DNA of 35,211 nucleotides from Erysipelothrix sp. (GTDB lineage: Bacteria > Bacillota_I > Bacilli_A > Erysipelotrichales > Erysipelotrichaceae): NCBI GenBank assembly GCA_012511085.1, contig JAAZGU010000008.1, positions 1 through 35,211 of the forward strand, given 5' to 3'. The position numbers and the translations under genes were made by a program. This document shows, piece by piece, positions 9,449-18,163 of this stretch (position 1 is its first letter; each line of letters opens with the position of its first letter). The notes beneath the pieces are model-generated. The model saw only the letters and a program-made list of their open reading frames with translations, made no database searches and was not told the DNA's origin.

Positions 9449-10099
9449 TTAAATAAGCTCCCATACAAATAAAAGTGAATCAGAAACTTCAATATCCTCA
9501 GGTACAAATTCTGAAAGCACACGCGCACGTGGCATTTCATTGGCATGTATGAGGACGTCCGTTTTGGCGTGCAGCTCGACTTCAATCCAACTGTAGTCAA
9601 TGCGTATTAGATTTCCAAGTTGCAGCTTATTTGTTTCAGCGAGTGTATTGGCGATGCGATGTGCATTGTCACTGGCAGCTTTTAAAAGTGCATCGTTGAC
9701 CGCACGATTGTCTTTAATCGAGAATTTGATATCAAATTCAGGGGTGCTTTCACTTTGACTGATGGCAGTGATCACCTGTGCCAGACGTTTCATATCCAAA
9801 TCAAATGAAAGTTTCAAATGGTGATTACTTTGGTAACCAGCAAATCGGCTTTTATATTGATTGTTTTCATCTTGATAACTTTCATAATGAGTGTTCACTT
9901 GATAGAGGGTCGTCTTAAAATCATCTTTTTTAAATGCCAATGGTTCTAATTGTGCCAGCATCTTGTTGACTTTAGAATCGTTAATTTGCACAGATTGTGC
10001 GTAGTCTTTGGCAATGCTACTAAAGCGAAATGATAAGATTATTATATCAGGCTTAAAGCTCAAGCTAGCTTGCCCTTTAACATTTATGGTTTTATTCAT
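9449..10099 (-). CDS. SIMPL/DUF541-like protein with no signal peptide
   Basis: The N-terminus INVKGQASLSFKPDIIILSF and the overall pattern (..GYQSNHHLKLSFDL.., C-terminal ..PEDIEVSDSLLFVWEL) resemble the SIMPL/YggE family. This is a recognition-level call. Confidence 0.55.
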   Translation of the reverse strand: MNKTINVKGQASLSFKPDIIILSFRFSSIAKDYAQSVQINDSKVNKMLAQLEPLAFKKDDFKTTLYQVNTHYESYQDENNQYKSRFAGYQSNHHLKLSFDLDMKRLAQVITAISQSESTPEFDIKFSIKDNRAVNDALLKAASDNAHRIANTLAETNKLQLGNLIRIDYSWIEVELHAKTDVLIHANEMPRARVLSEFVPEDIEVSDSLLFVWELI

Positions 10100-10342
10100 T
10101 GATCTCTCCTTTTTCGTTCATTTCCATTATACCATTAAAGCTAAAATCGTAGGTCTGGAGGGCTTATTTCTTGTTTGTTACGACTCGTGTATAATTAGGT
10201 TAGAGAAGTTTGGATATTGATTTAAACGAATCAAATAGGTAAAAATAACGAAATGGTGGGGACAGTTCACCATTTTTAATGCAATATCCTATCATGGAAA
10301 CTCAGGATTACATGTTTTATAATGAGGTTGGGAGTGATAACA

Positions 10343-11044
10343 ATGGAAATTGAAGTATGTGTAAGTAGCATTGAAGATGTTGTCACAGCAGAAAAAGCAG
10401 GTGCAACCCGGATTGAGTTGTGTACTGCGATGGAAGTGTTGGGTGTTACACCGACCATTTCTAATTACATCAAAGCAAAAGAAATTTCTAATTTACCAAT
10501 TTTAGCCTACATTCGTCCCCGGGCTGGTGGCTTTGTGTATTCAGATTTGGAATTTGAAATCATGAAGATGGATGCCAAGCTCTTTTATGAACACGGGGCA
10601 CGTGAGTTTGTCTTTGGAATCTTAACAGAAGATCATCAAATCGATCAAACACGCACACGTGAGCTAATGGATGTTGTGGGGCAGGATTGTAAATTTGTCA
10701 TTCATAAAGCATTCGATTATGTTCGAGATTTTGATGAAGCAGCCCAAGCCTGCATCGCGGTTGGTTTTCACCGTATTTTAACAGCAGGGGGGCCCAAAGG
10801 AACTTTGGATCAACTTGATGTTTTAAAACATTTGATATCAACTTACGGTGATGCCATTGAAATTATGCCTGGTGGTGGCATTGTTGCTTCTAACATTGAA
10901 GAAGTGTTGGATACATTACCGCTGACCAGTGTGCACCTTTCCGCCAAAATGATGAAGGAAGACACCTTTGATTATGTTATTACTGATTTTGAGCATTTAC
11001 AGCAAGTTGTGACCATTGTCAATGATCATCAAAAACAACGTTAA
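10343..11044 (+). CDS. cutC: CutC-family TIM-barrel protein
   Basis: MEIEVCVSSIEDVVTAEKAGATRIELC...GVTPT matches the CutC N-terminal signature. ATG 10343 sits behind GGGAG (10331-10335) and is preferred over ATG 10322. Confidence 0.8.
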   Translation: MEIEVCVSSIEDVVTAEKAGATRIELCTAMEVLGVTPTISNYIKAKEISNLPILAYIRPRAGGFVYSDLEFEIMKMDAKLFYEHGAREFVFGILTEDHQIDQTRTRELMDVVGQDCKFVIHKAFDYVRDFDEAAQACIAVGFHRILTAGGPKGTLDQLDVLKHLISTYGDAIEIMPGGGIVASNIEEVLDTLPLTSVHLSAKMMKEDTFDYVITDFEHLQQVVTIVNDHQKQR

Positions 11045-11061
11045 TCTATCGAGGTTGAACT

Positions 11062-12981
11062 ATGCGAACCCGTCAAATTGAATTACTACATATTATGTTA
11101 AATAACTTAAGTGTTGATGTGGAGAAGATGCTTAATATTTATGAGATTTCAAAACGCACACTCTTTTATGATTTGGAAGAAATCAATTATGAAATTGGTG
11201 CCTTTGGGAAACTTAAAGTCATTCAAGATGAAGTGGTTGTCGATGGTAATTTGGATGCCATTAAAAAGCACTTATCGGATAATGTTTTAATCCCGTATTA
11301 TCAGGCGAAAGAACGGCAAGAGCGCATCTTACTCACGGTTTTAGAAAATAAAAAGTTAAGTTTGGATGATTATGTTGATCTTTTTAATGTCAGTAAGAGC
11401 ACCATTTTTTCCAACATTGAAACTTTACGCGCAGAATTAGCACCTTATGATATTCAATTGGAATATGAAAAGCAATACAAGCTTAAAGGTTCAGAGCGGA
11501 AAATCCGCGATATGTATTTACAGTTGCTGTCCTTAAAAACCTTTGATTATGAAAAGATAAGCAAGGCTGTGATTCAGTTTAATCAAGAACATCAACTGCA
11601 TCTTTCCGACTATTCAATGTATTACCTAAGCAGCTTCATTGAGTTTATACAAGCACGTTATTCACAACATGATGCAATTAGTGATAAGCTTGGTGCTTCT
11701 GATTATTATTTGATTGATGACATCAATTTGGATGTGCAACATTTGCTTCAAATTGATAATGTCTCAGAACAACGTTATTTAAAATCATACATCTTGAGTT
11801 TATCAACGATTACACATAAAGATGTGACAACGATTGTCAAACAATACGTGCATGAACTATTACATGAAGTGAAAGTTCGTTTAGCTCTTGATCTTGAGTG
11901 GAATCAAGCCCTCATTAGTAATCTGGAGAATCACTTGATGGCATCGTTTTATCGCATTCATTTCAATTTTGCGGCGCTTAATCCGACTTTGACGGACATC
12001 AAGGTCAAGTACTTCTATTTATTCCTCAACGTGAAGTCAATCATCCGTTCTTTAAACCATCAAAGTGTCTTTTACAAGATGCGGGATGAAGAAATAGGAT
12101 TTGTGGTAGCGTATTTGGGCGGTTACATTTATGAAAGTTTGTCACAAATCGGACAAAAGCAATACAAGGTAATCTTAATATGTCCCCAAGGACGTGCGGT
12201 TGCTCAACATTTAAAAGCCCAACTTGAAAACACGTTTCCTGAAATTAATATTATTGGTGCCTATTCCATCAATCAATTGGGATACATTATCAAAAACTAT
12301 GATTATATCATCACTACTTTGGAATTACCACATTATCAAAATGTCATCAAAGTGCAACCAATTTTATCAGAATATGACAAACAACAACTTGAGAATTTAT
12401 TTGGCTTGCATGCCAGTGAAAGTCTGTTGAGCAAGGTTATGACTGTTGTTGAGAATCATACCCTTATTAAAGATCGCGAATCTTTAATGAGCGCCTTAGA
12501 AAATGTGCTAGGGCACAAACATGAGTCAAGGAGGTATCAACCAATGTTACAAGAGTTAATAAAAGCAGAAAGGATTCAAGTTGTCGATTATGTTCCCGAT
12601 TGGGAACAAGCGATTGCTTTAGCGAGTCAACCGTTGCTTGATGCAAGCGTCATTGAACAAGCTTACATCGATGCGATGATTGCCGCAATCCATGAATTTG
12701 GTCCTTATATTGTCTTAGCGGATGAATTTGCACTTCCGCATGCATCCAATGCTGGTCATGTTAAGGAAGTCGCAATTGCGTTGCTGGTGCTTGAAGAGGC
12801 GGTTGATTTACTTGGTAAGCCCGTGAAAGTCTTTATGGTGTTGGCTACCATTGACAATCAAAGCCATTTAAAAGCTTTGGCATCCTTGACCAACATTCTT
12901 TCCGAGGATGAAAATCTTGAACTCATTAAAAAAGGTAACATTGATGAGATAGTAAGCCTATTCAAAGGAGGTAGTAAATGA
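11062..12981 (+). CDS. PRD-domain transcriptional regulator (BglG/MtlR/LicR-type) with EIIB-like and C-terminal EIIA(type 2) domains
   Basis: 639 aa with an N-terminal HTH region, a central PRD-like helical region, an EIIB-like segment (VILICPQGRAVAQHL) and a C-terminal EIIA-2-like domain containing FALPHAS. Its stop overlaps the EIIB start (ATGA). Confidence 0.8.
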   Translation: MRTRQIELLHIMLNNLSVDVEKMLNIYEISKRTLFYDLEEINYEIGAFGKLKVIQDEVVVDGNLDAIKKHLSDNVLIPYYQAKERQERILLTVLENKKLSLDDYVDLFNVSKSTIFSNIETLRAELAPYDIQLEYEKQYKLKGSERKIRDMYLQLLSLKTFDYEKISKAVIQFNQEHQLHLSDYSMYYLSSFIEFIQARYSQHDAISDKLGASDYYLIDDINLDVQHLLQIDNVSEQRYLKSYILSLSTITHKDVTTIVKQYVHELLHEVKVRLALDLEWNQALISNLENHLMASFYRIHFNFAALNPTLTDIKVKYFYLFLNVKSIIRSLNHQSVFYKMRDEEIGFVVAYLGGYIYESLSQIGQKQYKVILICPQGRAVAQHLKAQLENTFPEINIIGAYSINQLGYIIKNYDYIITTLELPHYQNVIKVQPILSEYDKQQLENLFGLHASESLLSKVMTVVENHTLIKDRESLMSALENVLGHKHESRRYQPMLQELIKAERIQVVDYVPDWEQAIALASQPLLDASVIEQAYIDAMIAAIHEFGPYIVLADEFALPHASNAGHVKEVAIALLVLEEAVDLLGKPVKVFMVLATIDNQSHLKALASLTNILSEDENLELIKKGNIDEIVSLFKGGSK

Positions 12982-13244
12982 AGATTCTAGCGGTATGTGG
13001 CTTTGGAGTTGGTTCTTCGCTCGTTTTAAGAATGACAATTGAGAAAGTTTGTCGTGAACTCGGCATTGAAGCGGATGTGGAAAACACAGATCTTAGCAGT
13101 GCTCAAGGTTCCGATTGTGATTTTGTCTTTACCAGTGAAGAACTAGCAACACAGTTGCGTTCTCGAATGAAATGTCCCGTCATTCCAATTCAAAAGTATA
13201 TGGATAAAGCTGAAGTAAAAGCGAAATTCCAAGAGCATTTATAG
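12978..13244 (+). CDS. PTS EIIB component, ascorbate (UlaB/SgaB) family
   Basis: MKILAVCGFGVGSSLVLRM contains the active-site Cys context of UlaB-type EIIB. The protein is 88 aa. Confidence 0.85.
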   Translation: MKILAVCGFGVGSSLVLRMTIEKVCRELGIEADVENTDLSSAQGSDCDFVFTSEELATQLRSRMKCPVIPIQKYMDKAEVKAKFQEHL

Positions 13245-13270
13245 TTATTAAATAACAAAGGAGGAGAACT

Positions 13271-14527
13271 ATGCAGTTTATTATTCAAAACTTTATTCAA
13301 AACCCACCAATTTTACTTGGTTTAATTGCAACATTAGGTATGCTTCTGCAAAGAAAACCAATGGGTGAGGTTGTCAAAGGTGCTTTATTGGCTGCCTTTG
13401 GTATGGTTATTTTAGATTTCGGGGTTGGGATTTTAGTTGGTTCCATTGTTCCCATTAACAATGCCTTTGCTGGGATTGTTGGTGGTGAAGTAGCTGAGGG
13501 GCTAAATGATGTAACCTTCACCGCTCAATACGGATCAAGTGTTGGACTTGCAATGTTTATTGGTCTAGGAATTCACTTACTCATTGCACGCTTTACACCA
13601 ATCAAGACCATCTTCTTAACCGGTCATATGATTTGGTGGTTCCCATTTGTTTTCGTTGCAGCTGGTGTTGAAGGTGGCTTAAGTGGTACACCACTCATTG
13701 CTTTCGGTGCAATTACTGCTGCCTTATATTGGTCAATTATGCCATGGCTCCTACGCAAATACGTGTGGAAAACAACGGGTGATGAAGACTTCACACTCGG
13801 TCACCCAACCGGTATTTTGTCGTTGATTTCTGGATTTGTTGCTTCCAAAGTTGGAGACACAAGCAAATCCACAGAAGATTTAAACATTCCAAAAAGCTTA
13901 TCGTTCTTACGTGAAATTTCCATCACTGGTGGAATTGTAATCGCAATCATGTTCATCGTGGTTGGCTTAATGCAACCAACGTTGGTACCTGAAGGCGGTA
14001 ACTTAGTCATGTACGCAATTGAAAATGGTTTGATGTTTGGTGCTGGTTTAATTGTAATGCTCCAAGGTGTACGTATGTTAATTAACCAAATCGTACCAGC
14101 ATTCCAAGGTATTTCAGAAAAACTTGTACCAAATGCGTTACCAGCATTTGACTGCCCAATTATTTTTAACTACAAGCCAAATGCAGTTATTATTGGATTT
14201 ATCATTGCGATGATCACATCAACAATTACGTTGGTAATCGCAAACTCCATGAATTTATTTGGAGTGTTATTGATTCCACTTGTGATCACTTCATTCTTTG
14301 AAGTTGGTACTGCAGCAGTTATCGGTGAAGGAAACGGCGGACTCCGTGGTTCCATCATCGGAACGATTGTGGCAGCCGTCGTTATGGTTGGTATTATGGG
14401 AATTTCTGTGATTGCATATCGCACCACGATCCAAAACTGGTTACTCATTTTTGGTGGAAATGACTTCTCATTCTTCGGTACCATCCTGCGCTACGTTGCA
14501 CAATTCTTTGGTGGTATCTTCGGTTAA
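13271..14527 (+). CDS. PTS EIIC component, ascorbate (UlaA/SgaT) family
   Basis: 418 aa and polytopic. NPPILLGLIATLGMLLQRK and TIFLTGHMIWW resemble UlaA. SD AAGGAGGAG lies upstream. Confidence 0.9.
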   Translation: MQFIIQNFIQNPPILLGLIATLGMLLQRKPMGEVVKGALLAAFGMVILDFGVGILVGSIVPINNAFAGIVGGEVAEGLNDVTFTAQYGSSVGLAMFIGLGIHLLIARFTPIKTIFLTGHMIWWFPFVFVAAGVEGGLSGTPLIAFGAITAALYWSIMPWLLRKYVWKTTGDEDFTLGHPTGILSLISGFVASKVGDTSKSTEDLNIPKSLSFLREISITGGIVIAIMFIVVGLMQPTLVPEGGNLVMYAIENGLMFGAGLIVMLQGVRMLINQIVPAFQGISEKLVPNALPAFDCPIIFNYKPNAVIIGFIIAMITSTITLVIANSMNLFGVLLIPLVITSFFEVGTAAVIGEGNGGLRGSIIGTIVAAVVMVGIMGISVIAYRTTIQNWLLIFGGNDFSFFGTILRYVAQFFGGIFG

Positions 14528-15267
14528 TGTTTCAGTTTTTTGACAAGATTATTGACAACCTAAATGTCGTTCAAGTGGAAGAAAAAGAAAACATCTTAAA
14601 GCTTACGGACATGTTGTACGATGCTGTACAAGCAAAGCAGAGTATTTACATTTTTGGCGCGGGACATGCTGGAATTGTAAGTCAAGAAATGTATTTTCGT
14701 GCCGGCGGGTTCATGTTGATAAATCCTATCTTTCCTAGAGAATTATCAATTGATAATGAGCCTGTCACAATCACAAGTCAAATTGAACGTTTGGAAGGTT
14801 ATGGCAAAGTCGTGGCTATGAAAGCCGATTTTAAAAAAGACGACGTGCTAATTATACACTCGGTTTCGGGCCGAAATAGCGCGGGTATCGACATGGCACT
14901 GACAGCGAAAGCAAAAGGTGTTAAAGTCGTCGCTGTAACTAACTTAGCGTATTCAAAAAATGTAACGTCGAGACATTCAAGTGGTTTACGTTTATTCGAG
15001 ACAGCAGATCTTGTTTTAGATAATCATGGTGTCCTCGGTGATGCAGTTTGTGATATTAAAGGCAGTGAGCAAAAAGTTGCGGCTACTTCCACGATTGTGG
15101 CAGTCGCAATGCTCAATGAAGTCATTACGCAACTAGCACAACGTTTGGTTGATGATGGCGTGAAGCAACTACCTTACTTCTATAGTGCTAACATGGATGG
15201 TGGCGATCAAAAGAATCGAGAACTCCATGAGTTGTACGGTTCTCAAATCCACTATCGATTCAAGTAA
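14527..15267 (+). CDS. SIS-domain protein (UPF0309-type putative sugar-phosphate isomerase/deglycase)
   Basis: IYIFGAGHAGIVSQEMYFRAGG and IIHSVSGRNSAGIDMA are SIS-fold signatures. The start overlaps the EIIC stop (TAATG). Confidence 0.75.
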   Translation: MFQFFDKIIDNLNVVQVEEKENILKLTDMLYDAVQAKQSIYIFGAGHAGIVSQEMYFRAGGFMLINPIFPRELSIDNEPVTITSQIERLEGYGKVVAMKADFKKDDVLIIHSVSGRNSAGIDMALTAKAKGVKVVAVTNLAYSKNVTSRHSSGLRLFETADLVLDNHGVLGDAVCDIKGSEQKVAATSTIVAVAMLNEVITQLAQRLVDDGVKQLPYFYSANMDGGDQKNRELHELYGSQIHYRFK

Positions 15268-15269
15268 AC

Positions 15270-15303
15270 AAAAACACTTCTCTACATAGGGAAGTGTTTT
15301 TTT
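15270..15303. terminator. Bidirectional terminator between the SIS gene and fda
   Basis: AACACTTC (15273-15280) pairs with GAAGTGTT (15291-15298). It is flanked by an A-run on the left and a T-run on the right, between convergent genes. Confidence 0.65.
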
Positions 15304-15322
15304 GTCTTGTTATTTTAATAGC

Positions 15323-16210
15323 CTAAGTGATGGAAGCATCATAAATTGTTTTGACACTCTTTTTTAGAAGCGCATCGAATTCAGCTTCGCTTTGTGAGAC
15401 AAGCAGACCTTCTGTCAAGGCCCGTGAAAAACTAGCCGCGACACCGTGGTTGGCAGCGAGTAATGTATTTGCATGCTCGCGTGAATGTCCACCGGATAAG
15501 AAAACGATTCTTAAAATACGAGGATCTTCTAGAAGATCAGCAAACAGATTGGCTTGCTCTGGAGGTGTCAACTTAAGCATGACTTGTTGATTTGGCTTTA
15601 AGGTATCAAGTTGTTTAAAAATCTCAGCTTTCATTTTTACTTCAATGTCGTGCTTATTTTCAGCATGAATGTTTACCTCAGGTTCCACGATTGGCATCAA
15701 TTCAAATCCCAAGATTTGACGAGCATATTTAAATTGTTGGGCGATGACCTCAGCAATGCCTTGGTCATTATCTTCATGAATGACTGAGCGCATTTTGGTA
15801 CCAAAGATATGTTTTTCATTGGCTTCTTTTAAGAGGGCATCAAGTTTAGGCATTTCTTTCATCAGTTGTACACCATCTGCCTTATCTTGTAAGCCTTTGT
15901 CGATTTTTAAAAAGGGGACAACACCTTTTGCTTCCCACAAATAATCAGCGGTTAATTGATCATCGATCATTGAACGCATGGTTCTTTCAAATAAAATGGC
16001 ACCGATGATGTGTGCTTGATCAAAAGCGGGGCTTTTAATAATGCGCGTCCGCATGGTATGCACTTGGGCAAACATACTTTCTTCATCATGATATTGATCG
16101 TCACTGATGCCATAGTTTGTCAAGGCACGCGGGGTGCTACCACCACTTTGGTCTAATGCTGCAATAAAACCTTTTTTATTTTTGATAACTTCATATTGTT
16201 TTTGATTCAT
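15323..16210 (-). CDS. fda: Fructose-bisphosphate aldolase, class I (Staphylococcus Fda type)
   Basis: KGFIAALDQSGGSTPRAL, PFLKIDKGL, IFGTKMRS, IVEPEV and LSGGHSRE are collinear with Gram-positive class I Fda proteins of about 296 aa. Confidence 0.9.
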   Translation of the reverse strand: MNQKQYEVIKNKKGFIAALDQSGGSTPRALTNYGISDDQYHDEESMFAQVHTMRTRIIKSPAFDQAHIIGAILFERTMRSMIDDQLTADYLWEAKGVVPFLKIDKGLQDKADGVQLMKEMPKLDALLKEANEKHIFGTKMRSVIHEDNDQGIAEVIAQQFKYARQILGFELMPIVEPEVNIHAENKHDIEVKMKAEIFKQLDTLKPNQQVMLKLTPPEQANLFADLLEDPRILRIVFLSGGHSREHANTLLAANHGVAASFSRALTEGLLVSQSEAEFDALLKKSVKTIYDASIT

Positions 16211-16269
16211 ATTTTACCTCCTGAAATTATTATAACGCTATTCTTATTGTGAATCACGACATTTACATG

Positions 16270-16294
16270 AAAAAAGGCGAGGTTATCTCGCCTT
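16270..16294 (-). terminator. Terminator of the six-gene operon
   Basis: Read on the minus strand: AAGGCGAG, loop ATAAC, CTCGCCTT, then a T-run. It begins 9 nt after the TPM gene stop. Confidence 0.6.
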
Positions 16295-16302
16295 GACTTC
16301 TT

Positions 16303-17058
16303 TTAAAATTTGCCTTTTGAGGCAACCTTTTTAGGTTCGGGAGCATCTTTTTTCGCTTTTGGTTTTTTAGTGACTTTCTCATACAAGAAGAGATCGTGTT
16401 CTTTTTCCTTTTTCAAATTACTTTTAACCAAATAGTTTTTTGCACCTCGTTGTTTAACCACGGATTTCAAACGTGACTTGGTGCCACTTGCCATCAACAA
16501 TGCGATGATGCTACCGATGATGAGTGACGTGATTAAACGTTTTAGAGAAAAAATCTCTTTTGTTTTCTTTGGAAGGGTTGTCACTTTGCCTTTATTTTTG
16601 TAGGCAGCTTCAACTGAGCTTCCGTATTTTTTAAAAGCGTCACTGTAATTTTCTGCGCTTAAGAGCGGGACAATTTCAGCTTCAATGTCATTGATGATTG
16701 CTTTTGTAATGACATTGCTTGCGTAGCTATCCGTCACTAAGACCCAATCACGGCTATCCAACACAACAAGCAACAAGCTGCCTTCTTGATTTTGTGTTAA
16801 AGGCGCAAGGTAATCTTGTAACAGGGTGTCGGCATGCACTTTTACGTCTTCGCCATAGGTTGAATACACCAGCGCCGCATGCACGTTTGTTTTTTGGGCC
16901 TGGCTAATTTTTGTAAGATGGTCATTGATTTCTTGTTTTGCTTCTGTTGATAATATTTGCGCAAAATCATGCACGTAAGTGTCTGCATCTGCCAGTATTG
17001 GGGAAGTAAACAAGATCATTGCCATCAAGAACATTAATAATGTTATTATTTTTTTCAT
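16303..17058 (-). CDS. TPM-domain membrane protein (YdjH-like)
   Basis: Signal peptide MKKIITLLMFLMAMILFTSPILA, then a TPM-like start (YVHDFAQILSTEAKQEINDHL...), one TM helix (LITSLIIGSIIALLMA) and a Lys-rich tail. SD AGGAGG lies upstream. Confidence 0.7.
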   Translation of the reverse strand: MKKIITLLMFLMAMILFTSPILADADTYVHDFAQILSTEAKQEINDHLTKISQAQKTNVHAALVYSTYGEDVKVHADTLLQDYLAPLTQNQEGSLLLVVLDSRDWVLVTDSYASNVITKAIINDIEAEIVPLLSAENYSDAFKKYGSSVEAAYKNKGKVTTLPKKTKEIFSLKRLITSLIIGSIIALLMASGTKSRLKSVVKQRGAKNYLVKSNLKKEKEHDLFLYEKVTKKPKAKKDAPEPKKVASKGKF

Positions 17059-17068
17059 GGTTTACCTC

Positions 17069-18145
17069 CTAAAAGATGAAGTATGCAATCGCATACAAGA
17101 TAGCACTTACTACAAGTGCACGTTTGATAAAGTATTGCCAATACAAACCTTTATCCAGCGGCAAATCACCGACGAATTTACCAGTTTGACCATTCATGGC
17201 AAAGGTGTACTTATTATTTTGCCAGGTTGTGTTTAAAAACCAAACAGGGTAGAGCACGTACCGTGCTTTACCATCATGAAGATGCACGTGCCCACTTTTT
17301 TGATTGGTTTCATCGTAATCACGCAACGAGTCTTCAATTTCTTTTTCAATACTTTTTTTAATGCGTTCGTTGGCACGATTGACACTATCTGTTTTAGAAA
17401 CATCATATTTATCCGCAAGATAACCTGCTAAATAAGCCGTTTGAAACGGCGTTGCTTCCTTTAAGTCGAAGGGTTCAATCGCTTCCATGAGCGTATCATC
17501 AACCTTGGCCGAACCATCGACCGGGACCCCTTCAAATTTAAAGGTGCCATCACGGACAACAGAATAGAAACGGCGTTTGACATAATCAAAGTTGTTGTCA
17601 CTGTAATTTTCTTCCTTGATGCCTTCGTAGCGATAGGCGGCTTCTGAATCCGTGTCAAAAATCCAAAAGGGGACATACACACCTTTGATTTCATCAATAT
17701 GGTTTTTATCCGTAAACACTTTTGGTAGAAACTTTTTATCCTTAAGATGGTTCATCAAGTTAGCTTTTGCTTTTGTTTTATTAAGCTTAAAGGGGATGAT
17801 GAGTTCCGGTTTGATGCCGCGTTGCAATTGATCCATTAAAACGATGGGATTATCACAAAAAGGGCAGGATGTTGCGGTGGTGCTGGCTTCCACAAGCAAT
17901 TCACCGCCACAGGATTTACAACCATACATTTGTAATTCGTGGTCATGATCCAGCCACTCATCTTCAAGTGGCGTCTCCCAGTCCATCACATCGTGATCAT
18001 CACCTTTGAGCTGCTCATCATAAGCAAGCAAAGATGCAACTTCAAATTCACTGTCACAATAAGGACACTTCATGTTTTGTGACTGTGAGTCAAAACTAAT
18101 CCCACCCCCACAAGCAGGGCATTTATATTCTTGTAAGGTCGTCAT
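17069..18145 (-). CDS. Double zinc-ribbon protein with C-terminal TM helix (YdjG-like)
   Basis: Two CxxC-x(n)-CxxC units (CPACGG..CPYCDS and CKSCGG..CPFCDN) and a C-terminal helix ALVVSAILYAIAYFIF. ATG 18145 (MTTLQEYK) sits 5 nt behind AAGGAG. The listed start at 18160 is a TTG. Confidence 0.65.
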   Translation of the reverse strand: MTTLQEYKCPACGGGISFDSQSQNMKCPYCDSEFEVASLLAYDEQLKGDDHDVMDWETPLEDEWLDHDHELQMYGCKSCGGELLVEASTTATSCPFCDNPIVLMDQLQRGIKPELIIPFKLNKTKAKANLMNHLKDKKFLPKVFTDKNHIDEIKGVYVPFWIFDTDSEAAYRYEGIKEENYSDNNFDYVKRRFYSVVRDGTFKFEGVPVDGSAKVDDTLMEAIEPFDLKEATPFQTAYLAGYLADKYDVSKTDSVNRANERIKKSIEKEIEDSLRDYDETNQKSGHVHLHDGKARYVLYPVWFLNTTWQNNKYTFAMNGQTGKFVGDLPLDKGLYWQYFIKRALVVSAILYAIAYFIF

Positions 18146-18163
18146 AAAAACTCCTTTCAATGG

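Noticed and set aside
9445-9600. A 52-residue N-terminal extension of the RtcB ORF overlapping the SIMPL-like gene
   Set aside because: The extension is non-homologous (Cys/Arg/Leu-rich) and has no SD. The RtcB-like sequence begins at ATG 9444, directly after the upstream stop.
13297-14484. Three antisense ORFs (13297..13521, 13801..14010 and 14170..14484, minus strand) inside the EIIC gene
   Set aside because: They are mirror-frame artefacts of a hydrophobic membrane-protein gene. Their translations are Pro/Thr/Ile-rich with no start context.
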